Positions 25,430 through 37,974 of a stretch of 64,000 bases of DNA are shown here, piece by piece. Position numbers and translations under genes: made by a program. The notes under the pieces were generated by a model. That model ran no database searches. It worked only from the letters and a program-made list of their open reading frames with translations, and was not told where the DNA came from. Every line of letters begins with the position of its first letter. Position 1 is the first letter of the stretch. Origin of the DNA: Mobula hypostoma (lineage: Eukaryota); assembly GCF_963921235.1 (NCBI RefSeq), contig NC_086097.1, positions 186,188,001 through 186,252,000 of the forward strand. Reading direction: 5' to 3'.

Positions 25430-28400
25430 TGGCTTCAGGCTCTGGCAGCACAATCAAATTGGAAACAAGAGGTGAGGCGACTCACAGTTCGGTGAGTGAG
25501 ATTTAAAAAGAAGTGTTTGCAGGCTTTCAGCATTTTTTTGCAGCACGATCAAATTGGGAGTGAGACAGGAGGCAACTCATATGTCGGCAGTGACACTTAA
25601 CAAAGGAACGTTCTTGGGCTTTCGGCATTTTCCAGCGGCCCAATCAAATTGGGAGTGAGAGAGGAGACGACTCAAAGGTCATTGTGTGAGATTTTGAAAG
25701 GAATGTTTGTGGGGTTTCGACATTTTCTGGTGGCTCAATCATATTGTGATTCAATAGCGAGGGCATGTAAGATTAAGGCAGGGGCAAGAGGAGCAGCCAT
25801 TGTGTGAGTGAACCAGTGTTAGAGTGGGGAGGCTTTGGTTCATCAAGTTCTAGCAAGAATGGGTTTGGGCGAGGAAAGTATCTGGTAAGCTTCTTCTTCT
25901 TCATTCCTTCATTCTTCATCTGTTAGTGCATAGTTAGAGTAGTGAGTATGGCTCAGGGCTGTGTTGTGTTCTTAGTATGGGATGTAGGAATTCTGGGTGA
26001 TCTCCAGCCTCCCAGATAACCATATCTGCATCAGGTGTACTGAGCTGCAGCTCCTCAGAGAAAGTGTTAAGGAAGTGGAACTGCAGCTCAATTACCTTTG
26101 GTTCATGCGGGAGAATGAGGAGATGATAGATAGGAGCTACAGAGAGGTAGTCACCCCTACGCTGCAGGAGGTGGGTACCTAGATGGTCGTCAGGAGAGGG
26201 AAGGGCAATGGGTAGTTGGTACAGAGTAACCCTGTGGCCGTTCCCCTTAATAGTAAGTAGATTATTTTGGATACTATTGGTGGGTGGGTGACCTACTGGG
26301 GGAAGTTGTAGTGACTGGGTCTCTGGCACTGATGCTGTTCCTCAGAAGAGAAGGGGAAAGAAGAGGACTGCAGTAGTGACAGGGGATTCTTTCATTAGAG
26401 GAATAGACACGAGATTCTGTGGACACAATAGAGACACCCAGATGGTTTGTTGCCTCCCAGGTGCCAGGGTCAGGAATGTTTCGGATCAGGTCCACGGCAT
26501 TCTAAAAGGGGAGGGTGAGCAGCCAGAGGTGTTGGTACCTATTGGCGCCAATGGCATAAGTAGGAAAAGGGAGGAGGTCTTGAAGAGAGAATTTAGGGAG
26601 CAAGGTAGAAAGCTGAAAAGCATGATCTCAAGAGTAGTAATCTCTTATCCTCAGTGAGGGTAAGAATAGGATAATTTGGCAAATGAATGTGTGGTTGAGG
26701 AACTGGTGTAAGGACAGAGCTTCATACTTCTGGATAATTGGAATTGCCTCTGGAGAAGGTATGACCCGTAAAAAAGGGATCTGTATCTGAAACTGATAGG
26801 GATCAATATCTCTGTGGGCAGGTTTGCTAGAACTGGTTAGGAGGGTTTTAACTAACTTGCCAGGGGAGTGAGAAATGGAGTGATAGGGATGAGGATGGGG
26901 CATTTGGTATACATGCAGATGCAGTGTGTAGTACGACGGTCAGGAAGGACAAGCAGATGATAGGGCAAAATTGCAGTCAGTGTGATGAGTTGCGATGTTG
27001 TATCAAAAGAACAGGCAAGTAGGCAGAGGGAGTGGCATGGCTCTGTTGGTAAAAAATGAAAACAAATCTTTAGAAAGAGATGACCTTGGATCACAAGATG
27101 TAGATTCCTTCTGGGTAGAATTAAGAAACTGCAAGGGTAAAAAGGCCCTGACGGAAATTTTATACAGGTCTCTGAACAACAGCCAGGATACAGGTCACAA
27201 ATTACAAAAGGATATAGAAAAGGCATGTCTAAAGGACAATGTTATGATAATCATGGGAGATTTCAATATATAGGTAGATTGGGGAAATCAGGTTGGCACT
27301 AAATCCCAAGAGAGAGAATTTGTGGAAAGATTATGAGATGGTGTTTTAGAGCAGCTTGTAGTTAATCCTACCAGAGTATCAGCTATTCTTTATTGGGTGC
27401 TTTGCAATGAACCAAATTTGGTTAGGGAGCTTAAGGTGAAGGAACCCTTAGGAGAGAGTGATCACAATATGATAGAATGCATCCTATAATTTGAGAGAGG
27501 AGTTAAAGTCAAATGTTTCAATATTACAGTGGAGTAAAGGGAGTTCCAGAGCTAGGAGAGTGAAGCTGGTCAAAGATGATTGGAAGGAGACATTAGCTGG
27601 GATGACAGCAGAGCAGCAATGGATGGAGTTTCTGGGAGAAATTTGGAAGGCGCAGGATAGATATGTCCCAAAGAAGAAACATTCTAAAGTTAGGATGGCA
27701 CAACCATTGCTGCCAAAGAAAATCAAAACCAACAAACAATCAAAAGTTAGTGGAAAGTTAGAGGATTGGGAAGCTTTTAAAAACCAACCTAAGACAACTA
27801 AAAAAGCCATAAGGAGGGAAATGATGAAATGTGAAGGTAAACTAGTCAGTAATATTAAGGAGAATACAAAAAGTTTTTGCAGATATATATAGAGTAAAAG
27901 AGAGATAAGAGTAGATATTGGACCATTAGAAAATGAAAGTGTCAGTTGGCAGAAGTGAGTGCAGTTGCTATCACTAGGGAGAAGTTGCTTGGGAAGCTGA
28001 CAGGTCTGAAGGCAGGTAAGTCATCTGAACCAGTTGGACTACTCCCAGGGTTCCGAACGAGTTCACTGAAGAGATTGTGGAGGCATTAATAATGACCTTT
28101 CAATAATCAATAGATTCTAGCATGTTTCAGAGGACTGGAAAGTTGCAAATGACACTCAACTCTTCAAGAAGGGAGGGAAGCAGAAGGGAGAAAATTATAG
28201 GCCCGTTATACTGACCTCAGAGTTTGGGAACATGTTAAAATCGATTGTTAAGGATGAGATTTCAGGGTACTTAAAGCTACTTGATAAAATGGGCCAAAGT
28301 CAGCATGGTTTTCTTCAGTGAAAATCAGCCTGACAAATCTGTTGGAATTATTTGAAGAAATAACAAGCAGGATAGACAAAAGAGAAACAGTTAATGCTGT

Positions 28401-29668
28401 GTATTTGGATTTTCAAAAGGCCTTTGACAAGGTGCCATACATGAGGCTGCTTAACAAGCTACGAGCCCGTGGTATTACAAGGAAGATAGACAAAGAAGAA
28501 TTGGTGGGTGTTGTGTACTTGGATTTTCAGAAGGCCTTTGACAAGGGGCTGCACATGAGGCTGCTTTGTAAGATAAAAGCCCATGGTGTTACAGGAAAGG
28601 TACTAGCTAGCATGGGTAGAAGATGGGCTGATTGGTAGCAGTCAAGAGTGGGAACAAAGGGAGCCTTTTCTGATTGACTGCCAGTGACTAGTGGTGTTGG
28701 GGTTGGTGCTGGGGCTGCTTCCTTTTACATTGTATGTCAAGGATTTGGATGATAGAATTGATGGTTTTGTGGCCATTTGCAGACAGGCTGAAGGCCAGGT
28801 AGTGTTAAGGAAGCAGGGAGGCTGCAGAAGAACCTAAACAGATAAGAAGAATGGGGAAATAAGTGGCATATGGAATGCAGTTCGGAGGGGTATGCCCGTG
28901 CACTTTGGTAGAAAGAATAAAAGTGCAGACTATTTTCTAAATGGAAAGCAAATTCAGTAATCAGAGGGGAAACGGAACTTGTGAGTCTTGTGCAGGATTC
29001 CCCAAAGGTTAACTTCCAGGTTGACTCAGTGGTGAGGAAGGCAAATGCAATATTGGCATTCATTTCAAGAGGACTAGAATATAAAAACAAGGATGGGATG
29101 CTGAGGCTTTATAAGGCATTGGTGAGGTCTCACTTGAATATTGTGAGCAGTTTTGGGCACCTTATTTAAGAAAGGATGTGCTGATGTTAGAGAGCTTTGA
29201 AAGGAGTTTCACAAAGATGATTCTGGGAATAAAAGTGTTATCATATGAGGGGCGTTTGATGACTATGGCCTTGTACTCGCTGGCATTGGTGGGGGGAGCT
29301 CATTGATACTTATGCAATATTGAAGAGTCTGGATAGAATGGATGATGAGAGGATATATAGGACCAGAGGACACAACCTCAGAATAGAGGGATAGTCATTT
29401 AGAATTGAGATGTGAAGGAATTTCTTTAGCCAGATCGTGGTGTATTTGTGGCATTCATTGTCACAGGCAGCTGTAGAGGGCAGGTCATTGGGTGTATTTA
29501 GGGCGGAGGTTGATAGGTTTTTGATTGGTCAGGGAGTGAAAGTTTATGTGGACAAGGCAGGAGAATGGGGTTGAGAGGGAAATGGATCAGCCATGATATG
29601 ATGAAATGGTGGAGCAGACTCGATGGGCTGAAATGGCTAATTGGCTATATTTTATAGTCCTGTGGTCT
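25430..29668 (+). mobile_element. Decayed near-full-length CR1
   Basis: ORF1 CIRCTELQLL..VELQL, esterase GDSFIRG, CLPGARV, IGANGI; ORF2 MGDFN, SDHN, YLDFQKAFDK; tail ~29650-29668. Confidence 0.95.
25435..25750 (+). repeat. Tandem array of 95-bp monomers (~3.3 copies) at the CR1 5' end
   Basis: c(a/g)atca(a/t)attg anchor at 25451, 25546, 25641 and 25736, an exact 95-nt period. Confidence 0.9.
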
Positions 29669-29781
29669 GTACCTTATTGCTGATGGAAGTAATGAGAAGA
29701 CAGCATATCCTGAACAGTGAAGGTCCTTAATGATAATTGAAGTTTTTGAGGCACAACTTTTTGAAGATGTCTTCAATGGTG

Positions 29782-30103
29782 TGTTACGAGATGCTCCCAA
29801 CCACGCCAGCTTCAGAGATTTAAATGCTCCGACTCTCCAGAGTATGGATTGCTGGTATGTCCACTTCAAGTGCTTAGGACATTCCTATTAATTGATAATC
29901 ATATTTTGGGTGCCAAGAATTGAATATTTAATTTTTCTTAATATTTAATACTTCTGGTGCTCAATTGTAAGCCTGCCAGTGATTTCATCTAGCATTTGTT
30001 TTGTGCTCAGTTTCTTGATCCCATTTGAGACTGTGTCTTGAACCCAGTCTCAGAAACTCCAGCATCTGGGTCCAAGTCATCCTCGGCAAGGACTCTCGTC
30101 ACA
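29782..30103 (+). repeat. 5' LTR (TG...CA)
   Basis: tgttacgagatgctcccaacc...gactctcgtcaca; homologous to 32431-32701. Confidence 0.9.
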
Positions 30104-30109
30104 GTATGA

Positions 30110-30960
30110 TTGAGCCAGCATGGTATCAGGGTCTATTGCTTGTTTTGGCCAGCCACAGTGAAGATATTTCCAGACAAAGCCAGAGATTCACGACCTCCAG
30201 GTACCATTGGCCAACTTTTGCAAGGAGGAAGCCAGAGTCACTTGGGAGAACCAGTCAGTCCCTTTCTGGAACCAGTACATTTTCCAGCCCCGGAGAGATT
30301 CGACAGTAACCTGTGCTCTTCCTGCAGCTTCCTCGTTCAATGCTCATTAGTATTTGAACTTTATATGTCCTGGTTCCCTTCGGAGTGCAGAAGAATGGCC
30401 TTCATTATCTCTTTCCTGACAGGAAGAGCCCTGGCCTGGGCCACTGCGAATTGGGAATATGGGTCAGAGTTCTCCATCGATTGGGTGGAGTTCATGGCTG
30501 CCATGAGGAAGATGTTTCATTACTCTTTCAGAGCCAGACGAGCCTCAGATGGCCTGATGGAGATTCGACAGCAGGGGACAGTCAGTGGTCAAATACGAGA
30601 TTTGACCATGCTATACCACAACAGACTGCAAGATGAACTGAAGGATGCCCTTGTCTTGGGACAGCCGGCAGAGAAGTTAGAGATTCTCATTGATCAGTCT
30701 ATCTGTCTGGATAATCTCCTGGCAGAGCATAGGGTGGACTACATCATAACTTTGAAGAGGGCTAGCCTGAGCACGGACTCAATGCATCGTTGTTCCACTC
30801 CCCAACCTCAGATCATGGCCAGCCCATCTCCTGCTCAAGATCCAGTCGAACCCATGCAGGTTGGTTGCAGTAGATTACACCAGTGACAAGTCCTGGCGTT
30901 GGAGTCACAGTTGCTATTTTTACTGTGGGGAAGCAGGTCACCTGTGGGCTGAATGTATGA
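30110..30960 (+). pseudogene. Sushi/PEG10-like gag with frameshifted CCHC knuckle
   Basis: PAPERFD, FLVQCSLVF, AFIISFLTGRALAWATA, ELKDAL, EPMQVG; YCGEAGHLWAEC at ~30920-30957 in another frame. Confidence 0.9.
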
Positions 30961-31049
30961 AGCCACAGCCACCTGTGGAGCTGCTAAGACCGTCAGTGTC
31001 AGGAGGACTATGATGGTAGCAGCCACTAGGCCCAATCCCATGGAATCTG

Positions 31050-31400
31050 GTTCTGTGCTGAAGGCAGAGTTCATCTGGGATAAGAACCTGAGGCAGGTGG
31101 AGGCTTTTGTGGACTCGGGGGTAACGGGTAATTTTCTGGATTTAGAAACTACCTGTCAGATCGACATACTACTGTGAGAGTTGAGTCAGTCCTTGCCCAC
31201 AAGTGTCTTGGAAGGCCGACTGCTAGGTTCCAGGCAGCTCTAGCAATAGACTATGGAATTGCTGATGAGCATAGGAGATCACAAGGAAGACAGTAGTTTC
31301 TACAGTATTGACTCACCACTCATACTCCTGATCCTTGGGTACCCTTGGCTTTCCCAGCAAAACCCATCCGTGGACTGGAGAGAGGGGAGAATCATTGTCA
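31050..31400 (+). pseudogene. Retroviral-type aspartic protease remnant
   Basis: AFVDSGVTGNFLD; LILGYPWLSQQNPSVDWREG. Confidence 0.88.
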
Positions 31401-31994
31401 TTGTAAGAAACTTTGTTTACAGCATGGTGTTCTGACACCCAGACTCTCCAGTGATCAGGAGGCAGGCTTCAATGCACCTGAGACTTTCTGGAGACCTAGT
31501 CCAGTCCTCTAAAGCAGACAAGCTGCCAATGGGACAGTGCGAGTCCCGCCACAGTCTAGGCAGAATCCCACAGGAACTAGGGAGAGGACATTTCTACGTC
31601 AGGAGAAGACCAAGGAAATACCTGCAGGGAGACTTACTGCTAAACTGAAAGGAACTGGCTCCCAGGTCCCAACGAAGGGAAAGTTTCCCTTTATGCCAGT
31701 CCTTGATGCCTATTCCTGAGGATGCAAGAACCCCCTGTAAGGCCTCGCTGCCGTTGCCTGTATATATAGACAGGGAGTTGGACTCTGATTTGGCCACAAC
31801 TAATTTCCACGGATGAACTTTAGAAGCACAGGACTCTGAAGCCCATCGAATCACACCGTCATCAAAGATATCTCAGCAGTCATCCTCAAAGAAAGATCCA
31901 CAGGAGATAGCAACACCCAAGCTGGTTGAAGTACCTTCTGTTTACTAGGACATAGAAGAGGTCCGCAGCAAATCAAAGGAGAAGTCTTACATCC

Positions 31995-32365
31995 GTGTTA
32001 GAGCTTGAGCAACAGGGCTGGCTGTCTGCTCATGATTTGCCTCTCCAAGTGAAATCTAGAAAGTTGGCGCCCAAGCTCATTGGTCGCTTTGAGATCCAGA
32101 AGAAAATAAATCTGGTGGCTTACACCTTGCAGCTCCCCAAGACGCGAAAAGTCAATCCCACCTTCCACAACTCTAAATTAAAACTTTCTGGACCAGCCAC
32201 TCAGCTGCACCACGTCAGCCCCGCCACCACCCAGGTTTATCAAGAAGGAACAGGTCTTCACGGTGAAAAGATGTTCGGCAATACCTAATGGACTGGGAGG
32301 GACTTGGACTGGAGGAGAGCTGCTGGGTGCTGGGAAAAGACATCCTGGATCCAACTTTCTGTCAC
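31995..32365 (+). pseudogene. Integrase C-terminal GPY/F module and chromodomain remnant
   Basis: WLSAHDLPLQVKSRKLAPKLIGRFEI..AYTLQLP..NPTFHNSKLK; manual translation of ~32276-32362 gives [26 protein letters not shown]. Confidence 0.88.
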
Positions 32366-32430
32366 AATTAGTATCACCATCTCTCTGAGCAACCAGGGCT
32401 GTCAGGAGTCGGCTGTAGGGGAAGGGGTCC

Positions 32431-32701
32431 TGTAATGAGAAGCTCCCAACCATGACCACTTCTGAGATTTAAACACTCTAACTCTCCGAAGTATGGATAG
32501 CAGGCACAGCCTCTTTAAGGGGTAGGACATTCCTGTTAATTGATAGTCATGTTTTAGGTTCCAAGAACTGAGTATTTAAGGAGTGCCTGAACATAGTTTT
32601 GTGGTCAGTTTCTCAATCCAGTTTGAGACCGTGTCTCGATCCTGGCCTCGGATTCTCCAGCATCTGGGTCCAAGGCATCCTCATCAAGGATTATCATCAT
32701 A
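32431..32701 (+). repeat. 3' LTR
   Basis: tgtaatgagaagctcccaacc...gattatcatcata, directly after the polypurine tract. Confidence 0.9.
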
Positions 32702-32859
32702 TAGTACTCATGATGCTCGTGATGGAAGTAGCTGAGTCTGTAATGCTCAGGAGCTTTTTAAAATTCTTTGCATTGACGCTTCCATATCAGTCATGAAAAG
32801 CCTCTCAAAGTATTTCATCACAGTGGATGTTGAGTGCTAATGGGTGATAAGCTATAACA

Positions 32860-33068
32860 GGTGTAAGCAAGATGAAGGTTAAGGCAGTGGAATACTCCTC
32901 CTGTGAGATGTGGGATTTCATGGTACCTAACCATTTCACCGAAGTGCACTCAGCTTCAGCTCCTGACTAGCATGGCGAAGAAACTAAAGCTAGAGCTGGA
33001 GCTGGATGTACCCAAGATCATTCAGAAGGCTGAGAACCTCATAGATGAGACTTTACTGGGGTAGTCAC
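32860..33068 (+). mobile_element. CR1 ORF1 N-terminal fragment
   Basis: AVEYSSCEMW...QLQLL...ELELDVPKII..AE, matching ORF1 at ~23200-23380. Confidence 0.8.
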
Positions 33069-33272
33069 TGTTATATATTGTAAGTCCAAAATATTAAATT
33101 AAAACATGTGAAGAAAACAAGGGAGTCTAAAATGAGAGTCTAATTTTGTGTTTTATGTTAAGCGAGGTGCACACATGGGTAGCGTCATGACATATGTAAT
33201 TCACATATAACCATAATGAATTGTATAAGCAACAAATAACGCTCAGTCAAACAATATATTTACACATTATGA
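33069..33272 (-). mobile_element. Partial solo LTR related to the Gypsy element at 44429
   Basis: Reverse complement (gtaaatatattgtttga...aattcattatggttatatgtga...gcacctcgc...atataaca) aligns by eye with 44465-44661. Confidence 0.75.
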
Positions 33273-34184
33273 TCCACATTTTCTGGTGAAGCTTGCCTGT
33301 GACATTTTGCCTTATATATAGGTGCAGTCATGTCACATTTTATGAGGATGTTTCCTATAGTGTGGGAGCCTAGGGCCAGAGGGAAAACCTCAGAATGGAG
33401 GAATGTTCATGTAGAACGGAGATGAGGGACTAAGAATGGATAGATGACCCATTGAGTACTAGCATACACACAATGAATTCTTCTGTTGGTAACTATTATG
33501 AACTGATGCTGTTTTATAGTACCATAGTAATATTAAATGTTATTAATATATTATATTAATAAATTGTAGATAATACATATTAATATAGATTTTAATATAA
33601 ATGATTTATATAAAAAGGACCAACATATCAAGTTCTTAGTTGTACATTTCTTTAAGTTATTACTTTTAAACTTCAGAGGATATATCTGAGTTAGTTTATC
33701 ACCTCTTTTGATGTTTGCAGCAATAAATCTAACCACACACATGCAAAGTCTCATATCAATGCATGTGGATTCCTCCTACTGGAAGAAAAGTTTTTGCATT
33801 TTGTTTAGGTTTCAGTTTTATCAATAATTTAATTTTAGATTAAGCGGGTGTAAACATTGGATGCATTGCAAATAAGTCATTTCCAATGAAACCATTGTGC
33901 TTAGTGAAGAAATGGTAGTGATTCTCAAACAATATAAAGCAATGAAAGCCTGAAAAGATCCACAGAGAACAAATTGTAGACAGTTTCTCTCTGTTCTGGT
34001 TAAATGATTCCTAGACACAGCTGTAGAAAATCCAATCTCTGAGATCTATTGCGTTATTTTTAATTTATAGCAACATGAATTGGCAATCAAAATGAGTTTG
34101 AACCTCTGAGGATAGTGTGATAAAATACTAACAATTCCATTTTATGAGTACACGATTGCAATATTTGAGTTTTATTTATATTGA

Positions 34185-34205
34185 TGTGTGTGTATATGTG
34201 TGGCC

Positions 34206-34256
<51 letters not shown>

Positions 34257-34302
34257 TGTGTGCATCTGTGTGTATGTGTGTGGGTGCACGTGTGTGTATG
34301 TG

Positions 34303-34346
<44 letters not shown>

Positions 34347-34395
34347 TGTGTGTGTGTGTGCATGTGAGTGTGCTTCTGTGTGTGTGTTTGTGTAT
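34185..34395 (+). repeat. Imperfect (TG)n microsatellite
   Basis: About 200 nt of TG dinucleotides, with two long perfect runs. Confidence 0.99.
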
Positions 34396-34574
34396 ATACA
34401 GTGGAACAGGAACAGTATTTTGATGATGCAGTCTACAGTAAATCTCTACATATATTTCCCCACATATATCTGAATAGTTTATTAGATGTAAACCTCACTA
34501 TGAATTGTTTCTAAAATGCTGAAGACCAAAGACTTCATTGGCATTTGCTCTATTTATGGTCCATTTTCTGTCGA

Positions 34575-34770
34575 TAAGATCGTAAGACTACAAGACATCA
34601 GAGCAGAATTAGGCCATTCAACCCATTGAATCTGCTCCACCATTCCATCAAGGCTGATTTATTTTTTCTCTCAACATTATTCTCCTGCCTTCTCCCTCTA
34701 ATCTTTGACTCCCTTATTAATCAAGAACCTATCGACATCCATTTTAAATATACCCAATAACTTGGCTTCA
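34575..34770 (-). mobile_element. CR1 3' end, target of the Penelope insertion
   Basis: gagcagaattaggccattcaaccc...tcaagaacctatc...tacccaataacttggc; resumes briefly at ~36503. Confidence 0.85.
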
Positions 34771-36502
34771 ACAAAATGCTGGAGGAGCTCAGCAGGTCAG
34801 GTAGCATCTATGGAGATGAATAAACTGTCGACATATTAGGCCAAGATCCTTCTTCAGGACTGAAAAGGAAGGGGGAAGTTGCCAGAATAAAAAGATCTGG
34901 GAAGGGGAAGGAGGATCTAGAAGGAGATAGGCAAAGGCAGGTGGATGGGAAAGGTAAAAAGCTGGAGAAGAAGGAATCTGATAGGAGAGGAAAATGGACC
35001 ATGGGAGAAAGGGAAGGAGGAGGGGCACCAGGGGGAGATGATTGGCAGTTGGGGGAGGGGGATGAGGTAAGAGGCCAGGATGGGGAATAGAAAGAGAGCA
35101 AATGGGGAGGGGAAAATACCAGAAGGAGAAAACAATGTTCATACCATTGGGTTGGAGGCTGCACAGATGGAATACGAGGTGTTGCTCCTCCATCCTGAGC
35201 GTCACCTCATCGCAGCAAATGAGAAGGCCATGGACCAACAAGTCAGAAAGAGAATGGGGATAGGAATTAAAATCATCGACCACTGGGAAATTCTGCTTTT
35301 AGTAGATGGAGCAGAGGTGCTCCACAAAGCTGTCCTTTAATTTAACACTTATAACACACTGGAGGAAGTCAGCAGGTCGGGCAGCATCCGTGGAAACAAT
35401 GAGTTAACGTTTCCAAGGATGCTGCCCAACATGCTGAGTTCCTCCAGCGTGTTGTAAGTGTTGCTTTGATCCCAGCATCTGCAGATTATTTTGTGTCCCT
35501 TAATTTACATTGTCTCACCAATGTAAGGGTGGGGGGACACATTGGGAGCACAGGACACAAAAGATAACCACAGCAGATGTGCAGGTAAAGTGTTGCCTCA
35601 CCTGGAAGGACAGTTTGGGGCCCTGAATGGAGATAAGGGAGGGGGTGAATGGGAAAGTGCAGCATTTCTGTTGCTTGCAGGGATATGTGTGAGGAGAGAG
35701 ATTAGTGGGGAAGGACAAGTGAATAAAAGAATCACGGAGGGAGAGATTCCTGTGGAAAGTGACAAGAGGGTGTGAGGGAAAGATGTGTTTGATGTTGGGA
35801 TCCTGTTGAAAATGGAACAAGTTGCAGAGAATGATGTGATGGATATGGAAGCTCATGGGGTGGTAAGTGAGAACAAGAGGAACTCTATCCCTATTGAGAT
35901 GGCAGGAAGATGGGGTGAATGTGGATGTCTGGGAAATGGAGGAGATATGGGTGAGGGCAGCATCAATGGTGGAGGAAGGGAAACTCTATTCTTTGAAGAA
36001 GGATAACATCTCTGACGTCCTGGAAAGGAAAGCCAATACACTATTGGGAACATATGCAGTAGAGATGAAGGAACTGAGAAAAGGGAATAGCATTTTTGCA
36101 GGAGACAGGCTGGGAAGAGGTATAGTCAAATAACCGTGGGAATCAGTAGGTTTATAAAAGATGTTGGTAGACAATTTGTCTCCAGAGCTGGAGAGAGAGT
36201 TTCTGAAAGGAGAGAGAGGTGTGAGAAATGGACCAAGTGAATCTAAGGGCAGGCTGAAATTGTTGATGAAATTGATGAAATTGATGAAATCAGCATGGGT
36301 GCATGAAGCAGCACCATTGCAGTTATCAATGTAGCGCAGGAAGAGTTGGGGAGCATTATCAGGGAAGGCTTGGAATAAAGGATTTGGCTTGAAACATTGT
36401 CTGTTTATTAATTTCAATAAAAACTGCCTGACTTGCTAATTTCCTCCAGCATTTTGTGTGTGTTACTCTGGATTTTCAGCATCTGCAGGATCTCCTGTGC
36501 TT
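34771..36502 (-). mobile_element. Penelope-like element: RT C-half, GIY-YIG, UTR and pseudo-LTR (minus), with an inverted pseudo-LTR end (plus, 36424-36502)
   Basis: LFLRYIDNC, YKPTDSHGYL, TYPCKQQKCCT, FTCTSAVVIFCVLCSQC, MEEQHLVFHLCSLQPNGMNI; TSD-like ttggcttc(a/c)aca at 34762-34773 and 36507-36518. Confidence 0.92.
35345..35493. mobile_element. Short fold-back Penelope pseudo-LTR insertion nested in the GIY-YIG region
   Basis: 45-nt arms 35345-35389 and 35417-35461; flanked by tgtcc(t/c)ttaattta at 35331-35344 and 35494-35507. Confidence 0.88.
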
Positions 36503-37974
36503 ATGATTGGCTTCCACAGCTGTCAATCTTTCAGAATAGGTGTGCTTATTTCCTGCAAATTGTCTTTTGCCGGAACCAATTATGTGCTGTTTTATCATGG
36601 AGGAAACACATATGTTTGTGTGATGTCCCTACCGTGTTGAATTGCTGGCAATGTGTGAAAGCAGTGAGGAATGGAGAGCTCTGTGTGTGTGAGATTGTGT
36701 GGGGGCATTTGAACTTTTGTTCCAATTTGGAACAGTAGCAGTTGTTGAAGGGTGAATAGTGAAGGTTTTGCTGTATGGAGCATAGTGCAAAACTAGAGAT
36801 AGGATTTGATAATGTTTTTTTACTGATCTTGATAGTGCTGTTTCAAATTAGTGTGGGTTTATCATGCTTCGCAATCTTTGAATCTGCTTCTGGGTATTAT
36901 AGATCTACACTTGTTTTTCACTGTTCAATGTTGATATGAAAGCTACAAGACTATTAAGCTAAACATTTGTGAAGTTTCAAAAATAAGCCGTTTACGTTGT
37001 TGCTGATTGGAAGATACATGTACACTCCCTTGTGAGAAGGAAGCCATTGTATTATGATACTATGGATATCATAACATTATGTACAATATTCAAAATTATT
37101 GAGAAGTCATATTTGCTGAATATTAGCTATTTTTTTAAAATCTGTGGATTTGTTTATTGTTGCCATATAGTAGGTGGGGAAATGAAGATTTCTGTACATA
37201 GCCTAAAATAAGTATAAAGTTATATCAAAACCTACATAATCATTTCAAAAAAAATCTAATAAAAACGTGTATAACTTTGTCATGTCTACAATAAATATTC
37301 TGACTATTTTGATAATCACATTTTGGTAAATTCTTGTTCAGACAATGGAATATTGAAAGGTATTTTGAAAAAAGGTGAAAATTTGTTTGTGTGGGTTAAG
37401 TCGAAGGTTGGTAAATTAGAACCAATAATGCTGGAGGCACTGACTTACGAATTACTACAAAGGCATAGACATATTCTAATGTATTAAAATGACCTACATC
37501 TTGTAGTAACCTCATAAACTGTGACAACTGAGTTTGGTGTAATTGAAACCTCTCACAGGAAGTGTTGTCCGTCAGGAAAAGCCAACCAAGCACTGAATAT
37601 TCATATGGATGAAGAATGAAGTGATGATGCATGGCCTGGGAAGATTTCAAACTCCACTTCAAAGCCCATGCAAGAAGCTAAGGAGAAATAATGTAAATGC
37701 ACACAGCCCCAAAGCAGATAAATGGGTGGGATACAAATCTAGTGTCTTTTCATGGAAGACACTGCAATCAAGAAGTGAATCACCATTACAAGAAAATGGC
37801 TTGTCTCTGAAAGACACTCAGATATAAGGATGATCTTATGCAGGTATAATGGCGTCTCTCTTTTCATTCAAATTCAATGACTTCACTTTCTGACCACTCA
37901 GCATTTTCCAAAGAAGCAAAAGGATTTCTTCCTGGCTAAACAAAATTCTTTCCACAACACTGAAACAACAGCCT

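Larger units (their letters stand above)
29782..32701 (+). mobile_element. Ty3/Gypsy chromovirus (Sushi-like) LTR retrotransposon, internally deleted
   Basis: Paired LTRs, polypurine tract ggggaagggg just before 32431, gag, zinc knuckle, DSG protease, integrase GPY/F tail and chromodomain; no RT motifs. Confidence 0.95.
29670..32850 (-). mobile_element. Rex1/Babar fragment split (29670-29781 and 32702-~32850) by the LTR element
   Basis: Minus ORF 29645-29869 IIKDLHCSGYAVFSLLPSAIRY; continues after the 3' LTR (gtgatggaagtagctgagtc). Confidence 0.65.

Noticed and set aside
25435..25750. CRISPR-like array
   Set aside because: The whole unit is repeated with no unique spacers; eukaryotic context with no cas genes
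30110..30886. Functional host PEG10/RTL1 orthologue
   Set aside because: Embedded between LTRs, start codon and zinc knuckle out of frame, and an internal deletion is present; treated as a TE pseudogene
34087..34473. His/Thr- and Cys/Val-rich ORFs
   Set aside because: Artefacts of the (TG)n microsatellite
34789..35164. Pro/Ser/Leu-rich ORFs (also at 50191-50445)
   Set aside because: Low-complexity CT-rich Penelope 3' UTR; only the GIY-YIG C-terminal part is real coding remnant
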